Source of the DNA: a virus
DNA: 64,000 nt
Reading direction: 5' to 3' (one strand)
IMG/VR virus record: IMGVR_UViG_3300025083_000017
Span: 5,293 to 69,292 of that record
Numbering within the stretch: the first letter of the stretch is position 1; every line of letters starts with the position of its first letter. Positions 45,915 to 55,794 of this stretch are shown here, piece after piece. Made by a program: the position numbers and the translations under genes. The notes beneath the pieces are model-generated. The model did not search any database and was not told the origin of the DNA. It saw nothing but the letters and a program-made list of their open reading frames with translations.

Positions 45915-47560
45915 CCACCGGCTGCCGAACCATACTCATCATATTCATTACTCTTGGTATACCACCTGTCTCCCTCGTTATCTACAAAGGTTCCTTCATC
46001 TAAACCATCATTCATAAAACCAAATGGTGCCATGTCTTGTTCTATTTGATTCTTCTGTTCCTCATATAATCTCTTACGAACATCTTGGTCGGTCAGTTCT
46101 TTAAAGTAATCTTGAGCAACCAACCATGCATAGATGACTAGACACATTGCAAGGTCATCATTACAACCTTCTTCTGCTTCGAATGAATTACTCTTTGAAA
46201 TGAATGTAGTCAGTTCTGAGATAATCTCATAATCATTAAAAATGAGTTTATCTTCTTCAATCATTGTCTTGAGATTAAGTGACCCAATCTTCTTGACAGT
46301 CTTGGACATCTTAACTCCAAGTTGTGTTTTAGTTCCAGAGAAACCCTGTCCTACAACCTGTCCTGCTCTACCACGCATTGCACACATCAGAACATTCTGA
46401 TACTCTAAATCATATTGAAGAATACTTGCAACCTGGTCTCCAATATCATTGACCTCACAAAGAACAAATGCATTGTTGTATTTCTTTGCTAACTGAAAAA
46501 TAATGTTAGGGAACAACATTGGTTTGATTTCATTGTTCCTATACTTCGCCACAACTCTATGTGGGAATGTAGTAATATCAGTAATAATAAATGCAGAGTA
46601 GTCATTACCTACTCCTCGTGCAACGTCAACAGTTGCAATATAATCGTGGTCAGGAATTGGTGCAACATGAACATCCAGTCCTGCACTCGTTTGAATTGGA
46701 TTATCATACACCATAGTTTTGAGTTTACTTGGTGCAATTAATGTATCAACAGACCCAAGAAATTCACACTCAAACTCAATCTTGAACTGTTGTTCAGAAG
46801 TGTTCTTGATTGTTTGCTCTTTCCAGACTTCATCCCTACCAGGAACTTCTGACCAATGAACGTCAGTTGGAATATATTCATTCTTTGCCTTCTCTGCATC
46901 ATGCCACATTCTATAAAAGTGGTTCATGCCGTGAGGCGTAGAAACAATAATTACCTTCGTTGATTTACCTGAAGTGATAGTAGGATAAACAGAGGCAAAG
47001 AATGCGTCAGCAACATGATTGGGAACAAACGCAAATTCGTCCAAGAAGAGGATATTGAAAGACATACCTCGAACAGCTGACGCTGAGGTAGAAGCTGCAA
47101 GTATCTTACTACCGTTCTCTAACTCAATGTTGCCTTTGTTCCATACAAGAATACCCTGTTGCATCCACTTTGGTAAGTTCTCATATGCAGTAGCCAGTCT
47201 TGCGAGCAGTTCTCTAGCCGTTGTAGCCTTGTTAGCCAGAATACCAATATTGACACTATCATTGAAGATTGCATAATGAAGTAGATACGATACACAGGTG
47301 GTTGACTTACCAGTCTGTCTAGGCATCTTACAGATATTAAATCTATTCTCGTGGAAATTATTGATTAACTTATCTTGGAAATCGTAAGTCTTGAATGGTT
47401 GAAGTCCATGGTCCAAGGTTACGATCTTTACATAATTATTTGCAAAGTATACTGGGTCCTGTTTACACTTAATATATTCTTCAATATTCTCTTGCGTAAA
47501 CTCAATAGGGGTATTCGCCTTCTTGAGAAGGGGATTACCCAAATAAACATCATTACTCAT
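45893..47560 (-). CDS. gp17: Terminase large subunit gp17
   Basis: PRQTGKST, LDEFAF, STPHG, DVARG, DDLAM. Confidence 0.98.
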   Translation of the reverse strand: MSNDVYLGNPLLKKANTPIEFTQENIEEYIKCKQDPVYFANNYVKIVTLDHGLQPFKTYDFQDKLINNFHENRFNICKMPRQTGKSTTCVSYLLHYAIFNDSVNIGILANKATTARELLARLATAYENLPKWMQQGILVWNKGNIELENGSKILAASTSASAVRGMSFNILFLDEFAFVPNHVADAFFASVYPTITSGKSTKVIIVSTPHGMNHFYRMWHDAEKAKNEYIPTDVHWSEVPGRDEVWKEQTIKNTSEQQFKIEFECEFLGSVDTLIAPSKLKTMVYDNPIQTSAGLDVHVAPIPDHDYIATVDVARGVGNDYSAFIITDITTFPHRVVAKYRNNEIKPMLFPNIIFQLAKKYNNAFVLCEVNDIGDQVASILQYDLEYQNVLMCAMRGRAGQVVGQGFSGTKTQLGVKMSKTVKKIGSLNLKTMIEEDKLIFNDYEIISELTTFISKSNSFEAEEGCNDDLAMCLVIYAWLVAQDYFKELTDQDVRKRLYEEQKNQIEQDMAPFGFMNDGLDEGTFVDNEGDRWYTKSNEYDEYGSAAGGWELWNY

Positions 47561-47562
47561 AA

Positions 47563-48489
47563 TTAATTATCCGTAAGCAAAATATCAAATGTACAAGTAT
47601 ATCTACCATTATTTGATAATGTATGCATTCTTGCATCAATATCTGTTTTTTCTGGGAATGACTGAGGAATCGGATAAGTGAGTTGATATGGACCACCAAC
47701 ACCATTTACTTCTGCAATGTGCCTTACTCCAAAATTCCCTGTACCACCTTCACGAACAAAAAGTTTAAAACTACCTGTTGATGTTCCCTGTGCAGTTACA
47801 TCTAATCTCATTATAGAGCCAGTTTTACCTGCAGGAACAGTATATACTGACATCAGTGTCTGTCCTATATTTTCTAATATTTTTGCAACAGTGGTTGTAG
47901 ATACTCTTATTAGAATACGTTTACTGTTTGCAATATCGGCGGTGTTTGCATAGATCGCTCTATACACCCTATAAAACGTATTTGTGGTAGTTGCCGAGAA
48001 ACCAGATATAGTTACTGTCTCTGTAATGACATTGTAATTGACATCAAGTCCTTGTATTTCTACAGTGTCTCCATCAAGGTCAGTACTAGTATTGTTTTCA
48101 TTATTTGGATTTACAACTCGAACTTCAAGTTGACTGCCTGCAGAAATTGTATCCCAAGGATAAATTGTATCATTTTCATCCCAAATCGTTCCGTTAGTAT
48201 CCTGACTCATTTCAGGAACAGCACCAAACTTATGAATTTGTCCGTATCCTGGAGGTAAAGAGATTTGGGGTATGGGTGTTACAACCCATGGTGAAGTTCC
48301 TTGATTTACCGTAATACTATTACCAATAGATACAACTGTATCCGAAGAGATACCCGATATATTAGCATCTACAGGAAATCTATTATCAGTAGAAATATAT
48401 TGACCATCACTTGATGCTATACCCATCACTTCAAACAAGGTAGTTTCTTGTTTAAGAAATGTACCTATTCCAGAATTCCAAATAGCCAT
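47563..48489 (-). CDS. Putative structural beta-rich protein
   Basis: 308 aa; HKFG..IW..YPW, IQGLD.NY, YTVPAGKTG motifs. Confidence 0.65.
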   Translation of the reverse strand: MAIWNSGIGTFLKQETTLFEVMGIASSDGQYISTDNRFPVDANISGISSDTVVSIGNSITVNQGTSPWVVTPIPQISLPPGYGQIHKFGAVPEMSQDTNGTIWDENDTIYPWDTISAGSQLEVRVVNPNNENNTSTDLDGDTVEIQGLDVNYNVITETVTISGFSATTTNTFYRVYRAIYANTADIANSKRILIRVSTTTVAKILENIGQTLMSVYTVPAGKTGSIMRLDVTAQGTSTGSFKLFVREGGTGNFGVRHIAEVNGVGGPYQLTYPIPQSFPEKTDIDARMHTLSNNGRYTCTFDILLTDN

Positions 48490-48492
48490 ATA

Positions 48493-48831
48493 CTAAACCC
48501 AATCTAATTTACCAGGATGATATCTTTTGATATCACCAAACCTAACTGATGATTTTTGTTCTACTGGATATACTCGTTGAACAATTGCACCAGGATATTC
48601 ACTTTGTAGTTGTTCTGCTAACTCCTGATTAGTTGGTAGTCTTACTGAGTCAGCCTGTTCTAACTGTACCCTATAAATACTACCCATCCAAACAAAGTCT
48701 GCAAGATACTTATAGTTTTCTTCCACCTGTTGTTCTGGAGAAGCAGAATTATCACCACCTACATTGAGTGTTCCATTGAAGTCACCATTAATAGTGACTG
48801 ATTCCTGTATAAAATCTTTAAAATTTTTCAT
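48493..48831 (-). CDS. Putative internal head protein with capsid-targeting-like N-terminus
   Basis: MKNFKDFIQE resembles the T4 IP targeting sequence MKTYQEFIAE; TGATG coupling. Confidence 0.7.
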   Translation of the reverse strand: MKNFKDFIQESVTINGDFNGTLNVGGDNSASPEQQVEENYKYLADFVWMGSIYRVQLEQADSVRLPTNQELAEQLQSEYPGAIVQRVYPVEQKSSVRFGDIKRYHPGKLDWV

Positions 48832-50222
48832 CAGCACTTCCACTTTCTAAGGGCAAGAGCCTTACGAGTAGGTTCCCCATTAGGTTTTTTCATTGGTCCT
48901 TTAACTCCACCCATACGAGCACAGAAAGATCTCTTTCTAGGACCACCTTCTGGTTGAGGAGCCTTAAGATCAGAACCAGGATTTTCACGTTCGTAAGACT
49001 TACGTCCCTTCTCGTTCAAACCACCTTTCTTATTCTTACCTTCTTTCCTCTGCCATGCAGCAGACTTCTCTTCAAGTTCTTCTACTTCCTCATTTACACC
49101 TACATTAATCATAGGCTCACTTGGATTGTATGGTGCAATATCAAACCTTTGAAGATGACAACCAGGATAAATCTTCTCAAGAGCATCTTTGACTTCATTT
49201 CTCGAAGGTCTCTTAACTTCTGGGAAGAAGAGTTTCATCATCATATACTTACCTCTCCAGGTAAATCCTACCAGATAGACATTACCATTTTGTGCGGGAA
49301 CTCTGGTTGCTTCTTCAATAGTATTTTCTTCCTTCATCTTTTCACGTTTTGCCTTTGTCTTAGCAAGGATACGTGCCTTGGCATCGTCCTGATCCTTTTT
49401 AGGGATAGGAGTTACAGCACCAACTTTTTGATCAACATCACCCGGAGCATATCCTTCAACCTTCACACAATTAGGAACTACTCTCTTACCCTTTTTCTTC
49501 ATACCCTTCTGGGTATACCCAACCCAACACTTCTCATCAAGAACTTCTACTTCAATACCTGCGGCTTCCATACACCTGATTTGAAGGTCAGTAAATTCTG
49601 GAAGAGCCATGAATTCTTCATTCTTCTTTGACTTACCGTAGTTGGCAGCACCTTTCTTACGACACTGAACCAAACGACCAGATGCATAAGCAGAAGGCCA
49701 TACAGAAGCAGATGCCTTTACCTTATGATAACAAGCATCTTTCTTACCAGAACCTGAACCTTTCTTATCTGTTCCTTCAGTTACTTCTTCTTTCTTACCA
49801 TATGTAATACAAGGATTCTTACCACACCCACAATTTTTTTCTTCTTTCATATCTTTAGAGTGTTTTCTAAGTCTCTTTGCCTGACTTGTATGCATTTCTA
49901 CAGCCCCATCAAGTTCCTTAGCAATCTTATCAATTTCTTTTGATTCCTTCATTTTCCTAGGACTATCGGTTTTGACATAAGTTGGCTTTGCAGCACCAGA
50001 CTTTGATTGTTGGTTTGGGTCTGCTTTTTTCTTTCTACTTTGTGCCGACTTCCTTTCCGCAGGAGTCATACTAGCTCTCTTTGAAGAAGATACGCACTTA
50101 GGTGTTCCTTCGCCTGGTTTATCACTGGCACATGTACCACCAGTGACTACATTGACCCAACCAGACTTACCGTCTTTGGACTTGGATCCCTTAAACCACT
50201 TATGTAGATTACCTTCCTGCAT
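48831..50222 (-). CDS. Lys-rich modular putative internal head protein
   Basis: Basic Cys/Trp modules separated by acidic (L/I/V)xE sites; ATAAATA at 50248-50254. Confidence 0.75.
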   Translation of the reverse strand: MQEGNLHKWFKGSKSKDGKSGWVNVVTGGTCASDKPGEGTPKCVSSSKRASMTPAERKSAQSRKKKADPNQQSKSGAAKPTYVKTDSPRKMKESKEIDKIAKELDGAVEMHTSQAKRLRKHSKDMKEEKNCGCGKNPCITYGKKEEVTEGTDKKGSGSGKKDACYHKVKASASVWPSAYASGRLVQCRKKGAANYGKSKKNEEFMALPEFTDLQIRCMEAAGIEVEVLDEKCWVGYTQKGMKKKGKRVVPNCVKVEGYAPGDVDQKVGAVTPIPKKDQDDAKARILAKTKAKREKMKEENTIEEATRVPAQNGNVYLVGFTWRGKYMMMKLFFPEVKRPSRNEVKDALEKIYPGCHLQRFDIAPYNPSEPMINVGVNEEVEELEEKSAAWQRKEGKNKKGGLNEKGRKSYERENPGSDLKAPQPEGGPRKRSFCARMGGVKGPMKKPNGEPTRKALALRKWKC

Positions 50223-50256
50223 GTCAATAGAAAGAATTCTGTCCTACTATTTATTA

Positions 50257-51336
50257 CTATGTAATAGTGACAGAACCATCAATAATCGCATCTTCATCAG
50301 AAGCAACACCTACCCAGGCAGTTCCAGTATAAACCTGAACAACATCAGTAGTAGAATTGTAAATCAACGCTCCTGCTGATGGCGTTAATGCATCTCTCTC
50401 TGTAGTAGTAAGAATTCTAATGCCATTTGCTACCCCACCAGTACTTTGGTTTTCAATTACATCCCACTTTTGAGTAGTAGAATTATATGACAGTATATAA
50501 CCATTCTGAAGACCAGCAATATTGACATCATCAAGATCCTTGATGAATCCAGCACCACCACCTCCAATAGTAGAGGTGTGTCTGACACTTTCATAGACCA
50601 TCTTACGCAGTTGATCTATTTCTCTTCTCAGTCTATTAACTTCACTATCCTTTCCATCAATGTCAATCTCTTCATCTGGAGTTAACTTATCCAGAATCTC
50701 AATACTCTTCATCATATTGGTAGAATTATCAACCTTCACATCAACATCATCTCTTATTTTTGCAAGAGTTTCCAATTCTTTTATACTCTCACCGAGTTCT
50801 TCAACATCTGCAACAGGTTCTGATGGTTTAAGAGGTTCTGGTTTAATTATATCTTCAGTTTCTATCTCAATAGGTTTATAATCATCTTTCCAATTACTAG
50901 TATCTACTTCTTCTTTCTGCTGTTTTACCCAATCATCAGGTATAAGATTATGTTTTTCTTTAAATTGATTATGTAATTTGGTTGGTGTAATATTATACTC
51001 TGCACTAATCCCTCTCATAAGCCTATCAATTGACTTATAGGATGTACTTTTAAGATTTTTAAGTTCGGTCTCTAGAACATTTACTGCATTTATCGCACTT
51101 TGTTCTACCTTAGGAGTTTCACTAAACAAAAACGCTTCAAAAATTTTTGCGTCTTTTTTAATTTTTTCTAATTCTTTTTCTTTTTTTAAACTTTTTTCTT
51201 TAACCTTCTTTTTTTCTTCACTCAAACTTGAGAAAAGGTCTCCTAAGGATACCTCTCCAAGTATTTCTTTAGTCTTTTCTTTGTCTTTTTTCTTTTCTTC
51301 GCCAATAAGAGAAAAGAAATCTCCTAAATTATCCAT
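50257..51336 (-). CDS. Charged hypothetical virion protein with C-terminal fibre-like motifs
   Basis: GGGGAGFIKDLDDV and TTTERDAL..GALIYNSTT..YTGTAW. Confidence 0.7.
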   Translation of the reverse strand: MDNLGDFFSLIGEEKKKDKEKTKEILGEVSLGDLFSSLSEEKKKVKEKSLKKEKELEKIKKDAKIFEAFLFSETPKVEQSAINAVNVLETELKNLKSTSYKSIDRLMRGISAEYNITPTKLHNQFKEKHNLIPDDWVKQQKEEVDTSNWKDDYKPIEIETEDIIKPEPLKPSEPVADVEELGESIKELETLAKIRDDVDVKVDNSTNMMKSIEILDKLTPDEEIDIDGKDSEVNRLRREIDQLRKMVYESVRHTSTIGGGGAGFIKDLDDVNIAGLQNGYILSYNSTTQKWDVIENQSTGGVANGIRILTTTERDALTPSAGALIYNSTTDVVQVYTGTAWVGVASDEDAIIDGSVTIT

Positions 51337-51338
51337 TT

Positions 51339-51674
51339 TTATACAGATACAGTTGCATTTACAATAACTGAACCCTCAAAAGCCTTTGATACTACACTCG
51401 AACCAGAGGTTATAAGGATATCATAGTAGTTTCTACCTACTGTCAAATTTGATGTAATTGTTGCACCCATCGACAACGTAATTGTTCCAGTGGTTGATGC
51501 AATACCCACAGTAAAACTACTTGAGCTACTCAAATCTTCTGGGTACTTCCTAATTTTAGAAACTCCAGTATACCCAGTCAAATCAATAATTGTTTGATCA
51601 GGATTCTTCATCACAAAATTCTGGGAAAAATCTGTTCCTTTATCAATTTGTATATTTACAGATTCGGCAGCCAT
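51339..51674 (-). CDS. Small beta-sandwich structural protein
   Basis: IDKGTDFS, DLTGYT, GRNYYDI, EGSVIV; CTAAATA at 51690-51696. Confidence 0.75.
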   Translation of the reverse strand: MAAESVNIQIDKGTDFSQNFVMKNPDQTIIDLTGYTGVSKIRKYPEDLSSSSSFTVGIASTTGTITLSMGATITSNLTVGRNYYDILITSGSSVVSKAFEGSVIVNATVSV

Positions 51675-51684
51675 TTCAGTCTTT

Positions 51685-52110
51685 TTAGGTATTTAGGTCC
51701 TTACCCGCATTCTTTAACATTTTTTGAAGGTCTGCGGTAGAACCAACAAAAAGTGCATTATTGACGGTTGTTGGTCCTTTCGATTCTTCTTCTTTATTGA
51801 CATCTTTAAGTTTTTTCTGAAGGTCCATCAACTTATCTGTAGCATCAGAGACACTCTTAATTAATTGACCAGCAACTTCATATGCTCTTGGCATCTCGCT
51901 TTCTTGAGCAAGTTCTAAGATTCCATTGATTGCTTCCTGACCCTTTTCAATGATTGAATATAAATTACCTCTCGTGTATTCATAGTCTTTACGAATATCT
52001 TCCTTAGAAGTTTCATATCTTTCAATTCTTTGTTCAATAACATTTTTTTCTGGTTTTACCTCTATTGGTTCAACATCAAAAGTTTCATTGAGCTTTTCAT
52101 ACTTATCCAT
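51685..52110 (-). CDS. gp16: Terminase small subunit gp16
   Basis: DYEYTRGNL, PRAYEVAGQL, NNALFVGST. Confidence 0.95.
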   Translation of the reverse strand: MDKYEKLNETFDVEPIEVKPEKNVIEQRIERYETSKEDIRKDYEYTRGNLYSIIEKGQEAINGILELAQESEMPRAYEVAGQLIKSVSDATDKLMDLQKKLKDVNKEEESKGPTTVNNALFVGSTADLQKMLKNAGKDLNT

Positions 52111-52118
52111 GATTTACC

Positions 52119-53120
52119 TCAGAAAAGATTTCCGTCAAAACCAAAATTGTCACCAACTTCAATTTGTTCATTATCTGCTTGAGTTATTGCATATACTTTT
52201 TCACCAAGTAAATGATTTTGTAATGGTGATTTATCTTGAGCTCTCTTGACCACCAACCTATTTCCGGTCACATTATCTACATACATTTCTTCTTGACCAA
52301 TGTAGATATATGATTTTTCTTGAATTTTAGTTCCGTCATCAACATCGATTATGGTCTCTACCATATCAACATTCTCTGAAAGTAGGGTTGCAACTACACC
52401 ATCATAATCTTTAACTGCTCTTGGTGTAACCTGATAAGTAACATCTCTCTGATAAGAATTTCCACTGGTTGACCCAGCAACATATCCAACAGTAACCTTC
52501 TTGATAATATCGGAAGAAACATCTTTGAGGGGACCAAAGACATAAGTCTTTGCAGTGAACGTTAGAGTATATACTAGTGCTCTTCTTGTGTCAAAATTAC
52601 CTTCATAATCATCACTCATATCAATATTATCCAGTTGAACCGGAACATTGATTACTTCATTCAGATTACCCAAGAACTTGATGGGGAGTGTATAACCCGG
52701 TTGAAAGTAAGGAACAACTTGTTCAATAATTTGAAGCATATCATCATTCAATTTGGTATAAATTGAAAGAGTGATTGTCATGTTATACGGAACAGGAAGA
52801 TATCCTTTCTTCGTCTCTGTTCCATCGGAATTTGTATAAACTACCGTCTGGGTTTGAGTTGATTTCCTTGAGGAGTCATATGCCAAATTTGTAAATTCAA
52901 ATGACATCCTTGGAAGTGTAATTTGAACTGGCGAGTTCAAATCTGGATTCTGTTTCAGTCTTGCAAGAAATTTTTGAGTAGGTCCGTAAGCAAGAGGAAC
53001 TTTAATGACACTGGATGTGGAGTCATTCTCATCTTTATGTTGAATTTGGATTCCATTAAACAAAGAACCAAATCCAATAATTACAGATCTAAAGATCTCA
53101 TTGTAAAAATATTCAAACAT
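52119..53120 (-). CDS. gp15: Tail sheath stabiliser/completion protein gp15
   Basis: FGSLFN, KVPLAYGP, LPRMSFE, QIIEQVVPYFQP, DDYEG. Confidence 0.95.
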   Translation of the reverse strand: MFEYFYNEIFRSVIIGFGSLFNGIQIQHKDENDSTSSVIKVPLAYGPTQKFLARLKQNPDLNSPVQITLPRMSFEFTNLAYDSSRKSTQTQTVVYTNSDGTETKKGYLPVPYNMTITLSIYTKLNDDMLQIIEQVVPYFQPGYTLPIKFLGNLNEVINVPVQLDNIDMSDDYEGNFDTRRALVYTLTFTAKTYVFGPLKDVSSDIIKKVTVGYVAGSTSGNSYQRDVTYQVTPRAVKDYDGVVATLLSENVDMVETIIDVDDGTKIQEKSYIYIGQEEMYVDNVTGNRLVVKRAQDKSPLQNHLLGEKVYAITQADNEQIEVGDNFGFDGNLF

Positions 53121-53158
53121 TACTTTGAAGACATATACTTCTATTTAACAACTTTTAA

Positions 53159-54628
53159 TTACGGCATACCAAATGGATTAGATGTTGAAAAATCTAAAAT
53201 TGTTTTTGCTTCTGCCTCAATGTTATCATTATCAGCAAATGGTGTAACTAAATCATCCGTATTCACAGATCCAATTACATATTTTGCTCCAGATGTATTG
53301 CCGGTTATATATTCTTGCGGAACAAAACTACCACTTACAATACTAATCTCCATAATGTTTGTAACACCATTCCATTCTTTAACTCTTGCAGTTGTACCAG
53401 ATATAGAACCAGTTACAGTCTCATTAAATACGAACATTCCACCAACATTAATATCGGGATTATCGACAAATGGTGGATCAATAATTACGACTGGGTTGGT
53501 ATCGTATCCAGAACCACCATCAATAACATAAATTGCAGTAACAATACCCGCACTAATTGTTGCAAGACCAACAGCATATCTAGATGGTGACGGATAGAAT
53601 GAATCGAACGTAGTAGTAGAAGAATCCAAATAATGATTAGTATCACTGAATAATGGATAAGTACCTGCGGTCAAACCAATGGAAACCTTAGGTGCCTTGA
53701 TATATCCAGAACCACCATCTGTAACTGAAATTGTCCGAATAGAACCGTCTGTGGAAATACCAGTAGTGGCAGCTGCACCAACACCAGTATCACCAGTTAT
53801 TGATATCCAAGGTGGGGTAATATATCCACAACCAGCATCTGTCATATGAATAGCTGAAATTCTACCACCTATACCATTACAATTTGGATAATTATATGAT
53901 AGTGATGCAATACCTGTAGCAGTAATTCCTCCTGGAGGTGCGGAAGAGAATCCAACTTGAGGTTGTGTCACATAATCTTTACCCATATTAGTAATGGTTA
54001 CGTGACTCACTGCACCTGCGGGACATACCTGTGCGGTAGCTGTTGCAGATCTACCAGCACCAATTAGTGCCAGTGTCTGAATATAACCAATCTGTGCAAT
54101 CTCATCATCAATGTCTTCAATACCAGTATCGATAACCTCGTCTTCGTAACGGAAGAGTTCACACCTTAATTCATAGACATATGTCTTCTTAAGTTGGTAG
54201 AAAGGTTGTTCATGTTCTACAAACTTAATTTCAAATAACCTATCCCCAAGAGGGAAGTATATTAAATCTCCCTCTTTCGGTCGTGTCGAAAGTTCAATAT
54301 CTGGAACATCTTTAATCAGCGGTGTAATATAATTCTCATATCTTTCTTTTGAAATGACGAGTTGTAGGTCATCTCTATTTTCAATACCAAACTTTGATAG
54401 AATACTTCCCTGACCAGTATATCCCTCATAATTATCAACATATGCCTCAATAGGATATGCATTAGTGAAGTCCGATTGAATAACTTCTTTTATGATAGTA
54501 TTAGTTTTAGCATACCTTCTGGGTAAGTAATAGACCTCTATTCCATACATCCTCAACTGCTCGTTGACAAGACTCTGGACTAGATTCTGCTCAGTTTTAC
54601 TACCGTTCAGGAAAAATGGGTTGAGCAT
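53159..54628 (-). CDS. gp14: Neck protein gp14 with C-terminal beta-repeat extension
   Basis: YGIEVYYLPR, RPKEGDLIYFP, PFYQL; C-terminal DFSTSNPFG. Confidence 0.93.
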   Translation of the reverse strand: MLNPFFLNGSKTEQNLVQSLVNEQLRMYGIEVYYLPRRYAKTNTIIKEVIQSDFTNAYPIEAYVDNYEGYTGQGSILSKFGIENRDDLQLVISKERYENYITPLIKDVPDIELSTRPKEGDLIYFPLGDRLFEIKFVEHEQPFYQLKKTYVYELRCELFRYEDEVIDTGIEDIDDEIAQIGYIQTLALIGAGRSATATAQVCPAGAVSHVTITNMGKDYVTQPQVGFSSAPPGGITATGIASLSYNYPNCNGIGGRISAIHMTDAGCGYITPPWISITGDTGVGAAATTGISTDGSIRTISVTDGGSGYIKAPKVSIGLTAGTYPLFSDTNHYLDSSTTTFDSFYPSPSRYAVGLATISAGIVTAIYVIDGGSGYDTNPVVIIDPPFVDNPDINVGGMFVFNETVTGSISGTTARVKEWNGVTNIMEISIVSGSFVPQEYITGNTSGAKYVIGSVNTDDLVTPFADNDNIEAEAKTILDFSTSNPFGMP

Positions 54629-54634
54629 AATGTA

Positions 54635-55507
54635 TTACCCAATAAGATCTAAAGGTGGAAGTTCATATGTACTCATCATCTTCTCTTGAATCCTATCAAG
54701 ATCTGCTTGACCGTCTTCATATATCTGTCTTCCATTAAATTCAATACCACCTGGAAGCTTCACACCCTGAAATTTAATTAAATTTTGACCCCACTGTTTT
54801 TTGACAAGTGCGGTTACATAGGGTTTCAGGAACGAATCGTTCCAAATTCTTGAATACTCATTGGGGTCATTTGCCGCCCAACAATCAAGAACAATAAACT
54901 CACCAACCTGCAACTCGCTCCAATCAATGTCCAAATATAATTTATCGGTTCTTTGATTAAATCTAATCTGCTTATGTGTATTCAGGATAAAGTTAATTGT
55001 CTCCAAATAACCCATTGTCATTGAATATGATGTCAAATCATAACCAGATGCACCAAATCCATTGAGACCAATAAAGTCATTCAACATCATTTGATATTTG
55101 ACATTGAACATTCCTTGTCCCATTCCACCACCAAACTGGAATGCTTTATTCACTCCAATAATTGAAGGTGGAATTTGTATATAATTGCTATTTTGATAGT
55201 ATGTAAATGTTGTCGCAGTTCCTACAATATTTGCGGTAGCTGATGTTGATGCAATACCTGTGGTTCCACTTTCATTTTGCGGTGCACCAGGTGGTCTTGC
55301 TCTTCCCCTATTAATATCGTCCTGTGTTATCTGATACTTCAAATATACCTGGGTAACACCATCAAAGTGTCTCTCATTGAAATATTGAATTGCATCATCA
55401 ATAAGATCTTGGACCTGTTCGTCAGCAACATTGACCTCCAAAACAGGAGCACCAAGTTGTCTCAAAACATAATCGGTAAATTCTTGTCTGGTGGTAGGCT
55501 GAGCCAT
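54635..55507 (-). CDS. gp13: Neck protein gp13
   Basis: LRQLGAPVLEVNV, QWGQNLIKF.GVKLPGG; TATAAATA at 55532-55539. Confidence 0.95.
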   Translation of the reverse strand: MAQPTTRQEFTDYVLRQLGAPVLEVNVADEQVQDLIDDAIQYFNERHFDGVTQVYLKYQITQDDINRGRARPPGAPQNESGTTGIASTSATANIVGTATTFTYYQNSNYIQIPPSIIGVNKAFQFGGGMGQGMFNVKYQMMLNDFIGLNGFGASGYDLTSYSMTMGYLETINFILNTHKQIRFNQRTDKLYLDIDWSELQVGEFIVLDCWAANDPNEYSRIWNDSFLKPYVTALVKKQWGQNLIKFQGVKLPGGIEFNGRQIYEDGQADLDRIQEKMMSTYELPPLDLIG

Positions 55508-55530
55508 TTATATAAGAACTTCTATATTAA

Positions 55531-55794
55531 CTATTTATAGTCTGGTCTTAACATCGATGTAATATCCGAAAGTAGACTCTTAATGTCACTCATATCACCC
55601 TTTAGAGATAGTACTTCAGTTTGAAGAGAATCAAGTCTTTGCCTCTCCTTAGTCATACTATCTCGGTTTTTCACATAAGCTTGGAACTGGGGGTTATTTT
55701 TATTAAGAATGGCTCCGGTTGAGGAGTCTCTAAAATAACCTTCCATTCCTTCCACTGGTATTAACTGGTTCATATTAAGCGAATGCAATTGCAC
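55531..55794 (-). CDS. Small coiled-coil hypothetical protein
   Basis: VEG..RD..TGAILN motif; probable start MNQLIP. Confidence 0.75.
   Translation of the reverse strand: MQLHSLNMNQLIPVEGMEGYFRDSSTGAILNKNNPQFQAYVKNRDSMTKERQRLDSLQTEVLSLKGDMSDIKSLLSDITSMLRPDYK

Noticed and set aside
12405-47560. Inteins or group I introns in gp41, gp43, uvsW, gp46, gp20, gp17
   Set aside because: Lengths are ordinary, frames are uninterrupted and no intein splice motifs were noticed.
51160-51300. A-tracts and an in-frame T TTA AAA slippery heptamer in the 359 aa gene
   Set aside because: Explained by Lys/Glu-rich coding; no downstream stimulatory structure or useful alternative frame was evident.
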